A DNA stretch of 64,000 nucleotides. Origin: an uncultured bacterium. Its GTDB lineage: Bacteria > Armatimonadota > HRBIN16. Under the pieces are notes generated by a model. It saw nothing but the letters and a program-made list of their open reading frames with translations. It did not search any database and was not told where the DNA came from. Position 1 is the first letter of the stretch. Each line of letters opens with the position of its first letter. Positions 9,033-17,009 of this stretch are shown here, piece by piece. The stretch spans positions 6,288 through 70,287 of the forward strand of contig CAZYPZ010000023.1 in NCBI GenBank assembly GCA_964650005.1, written 5' to 3'. The position numbers and the translations under genes were made by a program.

Positions 9033-10588
9033 GCTCTTGGGTCCAGCACGGTGTCATGCAGGGAGTTGACATCGTCGCGGTCGGGGTACTCCACCACGGT
9101 GTGCAGCCCGCGGCTTTCTTTACGTTGCAGCGCGCAACGCACCATCAGACTGGCCACCAGCGCCACATTGCGCTCTTCCGCCAGGTCGGGATGGGGCAGC
9201 GATCGCTGCGCTCGCTCAGCCGCTTCCGCATGCAGTTCGTCCAGTTCGCCGGATGCGGCGCTCAGCTCAGGCATCGATCGCACGATGCCCACCCGATGCC
9301 GCATCACTTCATGTACACGCCGGCGGATGCTGCCGTCGGTGAACGGCGGCTCGGCGCCCATCTCCGGCGGTGTGAACGTGGTGGGCATGGGGGATATCGA
9401 CCCCAAAGTGTCCTGTGCGGCGCGGTAAGAGAACACCAGCGCCTCCAGCAGGCTGTTGCTGGCCAGACGGTTGGCGCCGTGTACACCGGTACAGGTCACC
9501 TCTCCAGCGGCGTACAAACCCTCGACAGTGGTGCGACCGAGCAGGTCGACCTGCACGCCGCCGCACATGTAGTGCGCTGCAGGAAGCACCGGGATGCGGT
9601 CTTTGGCCAGGTCGTACCCGACTTCCGACAGCCGGGCGGAGATGCCCGGGAAGCGTCGATGCAGGAACTCGGCAGGTTTGTGCGTGATGTCCAGATAGAC
9701 GTGAGGGATCCCCAGCCGGCGGCACTCCGCATCGATGGCCCGCGCGACGATATCCCGCGGCGCGAGATCCTTCAGCGGGTGATAGCCCTCCATAAACGCG
9801 GTTCCATCGGGCAGACGCAGGATGGCGCCTTCGCCGCGCACCGCCTCGGAGATCAGAAAACTGCGCGCCTTGGGATGGTACAGCGTAGTCGGATGGAACT
9901 GCATGAACTCCAGGTTGGCGACACAGGCGCCGGCTCGCCAGGCCATGGCGATCCCGTCGCCCGTGGCGATCGGAGGGTTGGTGGTGTGCGGGTATATCTG
10001 CCCCACACCGCCGGTGGCGAGCAGTGTGGTGCGCGCCAGGTAGATCTCGAGGACCTGTGCGCGCGCATCCCATGCGGCGGCGCCTACGCATCGTCCGTCG
10101 TTCATCAGAAGGTCCAGGGCGAACAGGTGTTCCAGTACCTCCACATTGGGGTCATCGCGCACCTGCTCCAGCAACACACGCTCGATCTCCCAGCCGGTGC
10201 GGTCAGCATAATGCACGATCCGGTTGCGCGAGTGTCCACCTTCGCGTCCCAGTTCCAACTCCCCGTCGGTATGGTGAATGGTGTCAAAGTGAGCGCCCAT
10301 GCGCATCAGACGTTCGATTTGGGCAGGTCCCTCGCGCACCAGCACATCGACGGCATCCTGATGACACAGTCCCGCTCCAGCAACCAGCGTGTCCTGAATG
10401 TGCAGCTCCACGTCATCGTCCGGGGCGATCACCGCCGCAACCCCGCCCTGCGCATAGTTGGTGTTGGATTCACCTCGCTCTTTCTTGGTGATGACCGTGA
10501 CACGGCCCGCTTTGGATACCAGCGAGGCGTAGGACAGGCCGGCGACGCCGCTGCCAATGACCAGAAAATCCGTGAGATGCACATGCAT
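9029..10588 (-). CDS. nadB: L-aspartate oxidase
   Basis: FAD-binding N-terminus FLVIGSGVAGLSYA, RGEGA, and a roughly 520-aa length. The start was chosen at MHVHLTDFLVIG (10588) rather than the track start at 10630. Confidence 0.85.
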   Translation of the reverse strand: MHVHLTDFLVIGSGVAGLSYASLVSKAGRVTVITKKERGESNTNYAQGGVAAVIAPDDDVELHIQDTLVAGAGLCHQDAVDVLVREGPAQIERLMRMGAHFDTIHHTDGELELGREGGHSRNRIVHYADRTGWEIERVLLEQVRDDPNVEVLEHLFALDLLMNDGRCVGAAAWDARAQVLEIYLARTTLLATGGVGQIYPHTTNPPIATGDGIAMAWRAGACVANLEFMQFHPTTLYHPKARSFLISEAVRGEGAILRLPDGTAFMEGYHPLKDLAPRDIVARAIDAECRRLGIPHVYLDITHKPAEFLHRRFPGISARLSEVGYDLAKDRIPVLPAAHYMCGGVQVDLLGRTTVEGLYAAGEVTCTGVHGANRLASNSLLEALVFSYRAAQDTLGSISPMPTTFTPPEMGAEPPFTDGSIRRRVHEVMRHRVGIVRSMPELSAASGELDELHAEAAERAQRSLPHPDLAEERNVALVASLMVRCALQRKESRGLHTVVEYPDRDDVNSLHDTVLDPRA

Positions 10589-10690
10589 GGTGTACGATCG
10601 CCCCCCAGATGATCTCTGCTGATTACACATTGTAACCCATGGCAGCCTGACGTCGACTGCGGGGCACTGCCTGGCAGTTCAAGCAGGAGT

Positions 10691-10719
10691 CTATCAACGA
10701 TCTGTTGAAACTGTTGAAA
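10691..10719. promoter_or_regulatory. Candidate operator: near-palindrome TCAACGATCTGTTGA followed by tandem CTGTTGAAA x2
   Basis: Located in the 156-bp divergent region between nadB and the 693-aa gene. Confidence 0.3.
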
Positions 10720-10786
10720 CACGAACCATCATGCTTGGCCGTTTTGGTGTGGTGACACTTCAGGACGCCGGAAGGAACACATAACC

Positions 10787-12868
10787 ATGCGTGAACCCGA
10801 TCAGCAACTGGAACGAACCTGTTTTCAGTCTGCGGCTCCGTATGATCCGACGATCCATGTGGTTTCGGATGTGGCGATCGTATACGGGGTGGACGACGGA
10901 CTGCCGGCTCGGATGGCCGGATGGAAGGCCAAGGGATACATCATCCACGTGATGACCGGCGTCTCCTGGGGCAACTATCAGGACTATCTGTATGGGCGGT
11001 TCGATGGCCAGAACCATGAGGACGAGGCTCAGACCGACCGTGACGGCAACCGGATCAGCCATGGCGGCGATGTGTACTACATGTCACCGACGCCTGCGTT
11101 CGGCCGATACCTGGCCTCGCGCATTCGCATCGCCCTCGAGGCGGGGACCGAGGCGATTCATTTGGAGGAACCCGAGTTCTGGATACGGGGCGGATATTCA
11201 CCGGCGTTTCAGCGCGAGTGGCGCAGACGGTACCGCGAAGACTGGCAGCCGCCGCACAGCTCTGCGGACGCCCGATGGCGTTCATCCAAACTGATGTACG
11301 AACTGTACCGCGATGCGCTGCAGACGGTGTTTTCCAGCGTGGTCGAGTACAACAAGCGAACCGGTCGCTCAGTTCGCTGTTACGTGCCGACGCACAGCCT
11401 GCTGAACTATGCCCATTGGCGGATCGTCAGCCCCGAATCCAGTCTGTCCCGCCTGGAGGGGTGCGACGGATATATCGCTCAGGTATGGACCGGCACCGCA
11501 CGCACACCGAATGTATATAAAGGCGTACTGAAAGAACGCACCTTCGAGACGGCGTTTCTAGAGTATGGAGTCATGCAGAACCTGGTGCGCTCCACGGGCC
11601 GACGGGTGTGGTATCTAAACGATCCCGTCGAGGACAATCCGCGTTACGATTGGGAAGACTACCGCGTTAACTGGAGAGGCACGCTGGTCGCCTCGTTGCT
11701 GCAGCCGGAGGTCTGGCGATACGAGACGATGCCATGGCCCGATCGCATATTCCGCGGCAAGTACCCGTCCAAGACAGACCCTTCTGTCAAGGAGCCGATG
11801 CCTGCAGACTACGCCACCGAACTGCAGATTGTGTGTAACGCGTTGAACCACATGAATCAGCGCCCCACCCGATGGGATAGCGGTACCCAGGGCTTCGGTG
11901 TGCTGGTGGCCGACACGCTGATGTTTCAGCGCGACACACCTCATGCAAGCGACCCGCACATGGGGCATGTATACGGCATGGCGATGCCGCTGGTGAAACG
12001 CGGGATGCCCGTCACACCGGTGCAACTGGAAAACGCGCGGCTGCCTGGCTATCTACAGCCCTTCAAGGCGCTGTTCCTGAGTTATGAAGGCCAGAAACCA
12101 CCGGAGCCCGAGCTTCACGCGGCATTGGCCGACTGGGTGCGGAGCGGCGGCGTGCTGGTGGTGTGCGATGATGACACCGATCCATACCTCAACGTGCGTG
12201 AGTGGTGGAACACCGGTTCGATGCATTACGCCACTCCGCGTGAACACCTGTTCGAACAACTGGGTGTCAACAGCTCCCGCGAGGGGTGGACGCATGTCGG
12301 ACGCGGCTATGTCTGCTGGAAGAGTATCTCACCGACAAGTTTCACCCGCAGCGCTGATGGCGATCGGCAGTTTTGCGACCTGGCGCGTGAAGCCGCCGGT
12401 CGTGCCCGTATGTCTTGGCGTGAAACCAACTATCTGATCCTGCGCCGCGGTCGATATGTCGTGGCGGCCGGCGTCGATGAGTCGCCAGCCAACGCATCGA
12501 AGCGCCTGACCGGACGGTTTGTCAACCTGTTTGACCACGCCTTGGCGCTGCAAACACAGTTGACCATCGAGCCGGGAGGACGTTATCTGCTGCTGGACAT
12601 CGACAGGACGCCCTCTCGCGGGGTGAATCTGCTGGCTTCTGCCGGTATCGTGATCCCGATGCGCGCTTCAGCGGGTGCGAAACGCTGGAGGCTGGAGGGA
12701 TGCGCCAATACACTTGGCATCACCCTGTTGAAGGTTGACGCGCGTCCTGTCGTGCTGCTGGACGGTGCGCCGGCAACCGACTGGGATTGGGATGAGCCCA
12801 GCGGGTTGTTGCGGGTGCGCTATCCGAACCGCGCCGAGGGCCATCTGCTAGAGGTTCGCCGTGCTTAG
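10787..12868 (+). CDS. Hypothetical soluble protein (693 aa), possibly glycoside-hydrolase-like TIM barrel
   Basis: Long ORF with good coding periodicity; first gene of a coupled three-gene unit. No motif I can name confidently. Confidence 0.6.
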   Translation: MREPDQQLERTCFQSAAPYDPTIHVVSDVAIVYGVDDGLPARMAGWKAKGYIIHVMTGVSWGNYQDYLYGRFDGQNHEDEAQTDRDGNRISHGGDVYYMSPTPAFGRYLASRIRIALEAGTEAIHLEEPEFWIRGGYSPAFQREWRRRYREDWQPPHSSADARWRSSKLMYELYRDALQTVFSSVVEYNKRTGRSVRCYVPTHSLLNYAHWRIVSPESSLSRLEGCDGYIAQVWTGTARTPNVYKGVLKERTFETAFLEYGVMQNLVRSTGRRVWYLNDPVEDNPRYDWEDYRVNWRGTLVASLLQPEVWRYETMPWPDRIFRGKYPSKTDPSVKEPMPADYATELQIVCNALNHMNQRPTRWDSGTQGFGVLVADTLMFQRDTPHASDPHMGHVYGMAMPLVKRGMPVTPVQLENARLPGYLQPFKALFLSYEGQKPPEPELHAALADWVRSGGVLVVCDDDTDPYLNVREWWNTGSMHYATPREHLFEQLGVNSSREGWTHVGRGYVCWKSISPTSFTRSADGDRQFCDLAREAAGRARMSWRETNYLILRRGRYVVAAGVDESPANASKRLTGRFVNLFDHALALQTQLTIEPGGRYLLLDIDRTPSRGVNLLASAGIVIPMRASAGAKRWRLEGCANTLGITLLKVDARPVVLLDGAPATDWDWDEPSGLLRVRYPNRAEGHLLEVRRA

Positions 12869-14846
12869 CCCGGAAGTGGGAGCCGGATTGCAGGCACCCG
12901 GAGCGCCCCAGCCGGCTGCGCGTCCGCGCTGTCTGGTGTTGGGTGTCTTGGGGTCGTTGATGCTCGTCATCGTCGTCTCGTCGGGAGAACTGATCGCCAA
13001 GAATATCCAGATCGGCATGATGCAGCTTGCTCCGGCAATGGTGGGCATGCTGTTCGCGCTGGTGCTGATGAACGAATCGCTGGGACGGCTGCGGCCGTCC
13101 TGGCGGTTCACACCCACCGAACTGACCTTGGCCTGGCTGCTGATGATGCCCGCACCATACATCGCCTCCCGAGGCCTGATGGAGAAGTGGCTGCCGCTGC
13201 TGGTGGGAGTGAAGTATTTTGGCCCGGCGAATCGGTTCGATCAGCTCTTCTGGCCCTATATCAACGGCATGCTGGTTCCATGGGACCCGTCGGATGCCTC
13301 CGAGTCGATGGTGGTGCGCTGGTTTTATGAAGGCCTGCCCGGCAGGATGGGGGTGCCCTGGCTGGCCTGGCTGACTCCCATCGCTGTCTGGTTGATCCTG
13401 ATCCTGGCGATGCTCTTCGCCTATCTATGCATTGTGGTCATTCTGCGGCGTCACTGGGTGGAGAACGAGAAGCTGCCGTTTCCGTTGGTTCAGCTGCCGT
13501 TGGAACTGCTATTGGAGCCCCGCTCGTTTTTACGCAACCCGGTCATGTGGGGCGGGTTCATCGTCGCATTCGGGCTGTTTACGCTGAACGGATTGTCTCA
13601 ATGGTTCCCTTCGGTTCCTCAAATCCCGGTGCAGTTTCCGCTGAACTCACTGTTCACCACGCGCCCGTATAACGCCATGACCTACTTCGCGGCGTACATC
13701 TCTCCGGCGGCCATCGGGTTCTTCTACCTGATGCCCACCGATCTGCTGCTGAGTTTCTGGCTGTTTTATTTGCTGGCCAAAGGGCAAGAGGTGCTGGCCG
13801 CGATGTACGGCGAAAACGAGGGAGCCGCGCATGCGGCGATGGGCATCCATGTCACGTATCAGGGGCTGGGGGCGTTCGTGGTGATCGCCGTGATGCTGCT
13901 GTACGGGGCGAGGAAACACCTGTCGTTTGTGATGGCGCGTGCGGTGGGGCGCGCCAAGCCTGATGCTGGCGAGGCGCGTGAGATGTTTGGCTATCCGCTG
14001 GCTGTGTGGGGACTGGTGGGAGCGCTTGTGATTGTATACACCTGGTGCGTCAGCTTCGGGATGTCTCCCGGTGTGGTGGTTTGGCAGTTCGGGTTGTTTC
14101 TGTTCGTGCAGGCGTTGGTGCAGATGCGCAACACCGCCGAGGGCGGCATGCTGATTACCGAGGGGTGTGGCACGCCCAGCGATCTGGTCACGCTTGGAGA
14201 CCGGTCGGGGCTGGGCGCCCGCAATCTGACGATGCTGGCGTTCATGGACGGGTTGTATGCCAGAGACACGCGCGGACTGATGCTCACCGGCTATATGGAC
14301 GCTCAAAAAGCGACTGAACAGGCGCGGCTGAACGCCCGTCGCGTGCTGGCCATTCTGGCGGGCGGCACGTTGCTGGCCATCGGTGTGGCGCTGATCGTGC
14401 AGTTGTGGCTGCCGTATCACTATGGCGCCAACAATCTCTATCCTTATGTATATAGCCATGCGAGCATCCAGTTCTTTCGGGAAAACGCCGGTGCGATCAA
14501 TGCGGCAGGAGGCGCTCAGCGATTTGACTCCGGATGGCTCTATATGGCGGCAGGTGCGGTGGTGTGCGGGCTGCTGAGCTATCTGCGCCTCAATCTTCCC
14601 GGGTTTCCTCTGCATCCATTGGGCTATGCGATGTGCGCCACTTGGGGTGTGGTGGTGTTCTGGGCATCGATGTTGATCGCCTGGCTGATCAAGGTGCCTT
14701 TGGTCCATTACGGCGGCATGAAGACGTTCCGTCTGCTGCGCCCGTTCTTTTTGGGGCTGGTGTTCGGTGAGTTTCTCAGTGCGTGTTGCTGGTCATTGAT
14801 CGCCTGGTTCCTGAAGGCGCCGACCCCCACCTTCCCGTGGCCATGA
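12861..14846 (+). CDS. Large polytopic integral membrane protein (661 aa), function unknown
   Basis: At least 12 predicted TM helices, Trp/Phe rich. The GTG start overlaps the upstream stop (GTGCTTAG). Confidence 0.7.
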   Translation: MLSPEVGAGLQAPGAPQPAARPRCLVLGVLGSLMLVIVVSSGELIAKNIQIGMMQLAPAMVGMLFALVLMNESLGRLRPSWRFTPTELTLAWLLMMPAPYIASRGLMEKWLPLLVGVKYFGPANRFDQLFWPYINGMLVPWDPSDASESMVVRWFYEGLPGRMGVPWLAWLTPIAVWLILILAMLFAYLCIVVILRRHWVENEKLPFPLVQLPLELLLEPRSFLRNPVMWGGFIVAFGLFTLNGLSQWFPSVPQIPVQFPLNSLFTTRPYNAMTYFAAYISPAAIGFFYLMPTDLLLSFWLFYLLAKGQEVLAAMYGENEGAAHAAMGIHVTYQGLGAFVVIAVMLLYGARKHLSFVMARAVGRAKPDAGEAREMFGYPLAVWGLVGALVIVYTWCVSFGMSPGVVVWQFGLFLFVQALVQMRNTAEGGMLITEGCGTPSDLVTLGDRSGLGARNLTMLAFMDGLYARDTRGLMLTGYMDAQKATEQARLNARRVLAILAGGTLLAIGVALIVQLWLPYHYGANNLYPYVYSHASIQFFRENAGAINAAGGAQRFDSGWLYMAAGAVVCGLLSYLRLNLPGFPLHPLGYAMCATWGVVVFWASMLIAWLIKVPLVHYGGMKTFRLLRPFFLGLVFGEFLSACCWSLIAWFLKAPTPTFPWP

Positions 14847-14850
14847 TCCG

Positions 14851-16917
14851 TTGCAGGAGGACTCGTTGATACATAAAACCGGTCCACGTTTGATCTCTGT
14901 CTGGCGTTCCGATGGGTTCTGGTGCGCGCTGCTGGGAGTGGCGGCCACTGGGATCTACTGGCACCATGCCGCGCCGGGACTGATGTTTCACGACAGCGGC
15001 GAGTTCGCTCTGCTGGCTGCCTGCGGAGGTGTGGGCCACCCGCCGGGAGCGCCGACCTATGCATTGCTGGCCTGGGCTTGGCGTCATCTGCTGTTCTGGT
15101 TGGACCCGGTGTATACGGCCAATCTCTTTTCAGGACTGTTTGGCGGCGTCACTGTCGCGTTGGGTGCATTGCTGAGTACGCGATGGTGCCGACACGTTGT
15201 CTCGGATCCGCCGCTGTGGCAGGTGCGGTTGGCAGCGGGCGTGGCAGCCATTGCAATACTGGGTGTCCGGGCTCAGTGCGAAGTTGCCGGGTATGCGGAG
15301 CAATATACGTTGATGACCGCTGGGTGGTTGGCTGTGCTACTGTTGTGTCCGTGGCAAACGGTGGACAGCCCGTTCAGGCGATGTCTTTTGGCGGGGCTGG
15401 TGTTGGGGCTTGCCGCAGGCAATCATCCCAGCCAGATCGTGTTGATCCCAGCATTGTTGCTGGCGGGCTGGTGGGCTGCGGAGTCCTGGAGATCCCGCCT
15501 CCAAGCCTGGGGCGGGGGCCTGTTGGGCACACTGATCGGTGTTCAAGTCTACTGGTGGGTGTATTTTAGAGCTCAACAGCAGCCGGCGCTAAACTGGTGG
15601 AATGCCAGTACGCCGGAGCGTTTCCTCAGTGCGCTTATGCGTAAGCAGTGGGCGACGCGTCCGATGTCCGAAGCGCCGGGCGATATGATCAGGCTATGGT
15701 TTGAGAGTTATGATTGGGTGAACCAGGTAGGAATCGTGGTATTGGTACTCGGTTTGACCGGCCTGATGATTGGACTGATGCGCCGCTGCAGGCCAGCTCT
15801 GTTACTGACGCTGACCGCGGTTCCATATTCCATGGGGATGTTGTATGGGCATCTCGTGCAGGCAACACTGGGCAACATCACAATCGTCAGTTACGGGGTA
15901 GGTGATTGGCATACCATCCCGTTCCTGACGCTAGCGGTGGCCGCTCCCGTCGCAGTGTCGCTGACGTTCACTTCGCGCTGGAGACGTCAAGCCATGTTCC
16001 TTGCTGTCGTCTGCATAGGCACGATCACTTTGCGGAGTTTCATCGTTGTCGGACAAGAGTCAATGCGTGGTAACAAGGACTACGATCAGATGCGCAGCCG
16101 GTTCTCCTTGAGCGGGCAACCGACGATGCGGTTGTTACTCATCGACAGCTTTGTCATGGGTGAAGGGTATGTGGCATGGCGGCCCGGCGGCTCGCGGGAT
16201 GCCGTCAATCTTGTCATGTCGATCAGCGACCATGTGCGACGAACGAAAAGCAGGCGCATGACTCTTTCGGATCTGTTGAGCGAGCAGGCGAAGAGCGATG
16301 AACTGATGTATCCCAACGCGCGATCGGTATTGCGGCAAGCGCATGGCACGGTACATACCGACGCGTCCGTCTCTTGGGACGATCACCTATATATGGAACC
16401 GGTGGGCGTGATGTTTCGTATTCGCGAGACTCCGCTCACACGAACGGAAATCCGGGATCATGCGGATCAGTGGATGCAGGTGACGCAACGCGCCCTTATG
16501 ACGCGTCCCGACCATCCCGTTCATCGCATGACTGCGGAGTGTTGGTCCAAAGTGTGGTCAGCGCATGGAGCCTACTATACGCGGTTGAACCTGTGTCCGC
16601 AGGCCGCACGCTGTTTTGAGGAAGCGATCCGATGGCAGCCCAATGTCGATATCTACTGGCGGCAATTGGGAGGGGTGTTGATGCAAGGCGGCCGATTACA
16701 ATCCGCTCGTAAGGCGTTGATGCAGGCACTTCAGTTGACGCCGCGCACAACGGGTGTGAGGCGCCAGCTGATGCTGCTGGCCATGAAAGAGGGGCGGCCG
16801 GATGAAGCCCGTGTTTGGATGAATGAAGAACTCGCCTTGACACCCAAGGGTCAACGAACCGCGGCACGCAGAGAGATGGAACGGATCCTGGCTGACGCTG
16901 CGTCGGGACCCAAATAG
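14851..16917 (+). CDS. DUF2723/TMEM260-like GT-C-fold membrane glycosyltransferase with C-terminal TPR repeats
   Basis: N-terminal HDSGEF motif within a polytopic membrane region. The C-terminal roughly 150 aa are TPR-like. TTG start; an alternative TTG at 14866 sits behind GCAGGAGGA. Confidence 0.65.
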   Translation: MQEDSLIHKTGPRLISVWRSDGFWCALLGVAATGIYWHHAAPGLMFHDSGEFALLAACGGVGHPPGAPTYALLAWAWRHLLFWLDPVYTANLFSGLFGGVTVALGALLSTRWCRHVVSDPPLWQVRLAAGVAAIAILGVRAQCEVAGYAEQYTLMTAGWLAVLLLCPWQTVDSPFRRCLLAGLVLGLAAGNHPSQIVLIPALLLAGWWAAESWRSRLQAWGGGLLGTLIGVQVYWWVYFRAQQQPALNWWNASTPERFLSALMRKQWATRPMSEAPGDMIRLWFESYDWVNQVGIVVLVLGLTGLMIGLMRRCRPALLLTLTAVPYSMGMLYGHLVQATLGNITIVSYGVGDWHTIPFLTLAVAAPVAVSLTFTSRWRRQAMFLAVVCIGTITLRSFIVVGQESMRGNKDYDQMRSRFSLSGQPTMRLLLIDSFVMGEGYVAWRPGGSRDAVNLVMSISDHVRRTKSRRMTLSDLLSEQAKSDELMYPNARSVLRQAHGTVHTDASVSWDDHLYMEPVGVMFRIRETPLTRTEIRDHADQWMQVTQRALMTRPDHPVHRMTAECWSKVWSAHGAYYTRLNLCPQAARCFEEAIRWQPNVDIYWRQLGGVLMQGGRLQSARKALMQALQLTPRTTGVRRQLMLLAMKEGRPDEARVWMNEELALTPKGQRTAARREMERILADAASGPK

Positions 16918-16945
16918 TCGGTGGCGTCTGATCCGCCATCCGACT
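16916..16945. terminator. Hairpin between convergent genes (11-bp stem with 1-nt bulge)
   Basis: agtcggtggcg-tctgatc-cgccatccgact, between the DUF2723 gene (+) and mutS (-). Confidence 0.35.
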
Positions 16946-17009
16946 GCGGGCCTACGTATCCGTCAGGTTGACATAAGAATTACTTCCCGGTATTCGTCAA
17001 CGGGCGGGG

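Noticed and set aside
8825-10612. 595-aa plus-strand ORF antisense to nadB/hisK
   Set aside because: It is a high-GC shadow ORF spanning two genes. The translated sequence is Arg/Ala/Gly-rich junk.
10589-10630. Longer N-terminus for nadB (track start)
   Set aside because: It adds 14 residues (MCNQQRSSGGRSYT) before the FAD-binding beta strand. A typical NadB has about 8 residues before the [V/L]IGSG motif, as with the Met at 10588.
10640-10690. Possible sigma-54 promoter (TGGCAGttcaaGCAGG)
   Set aside because: The GG to GC spacing is 8 nt instead of 10, and no TTGC is present.
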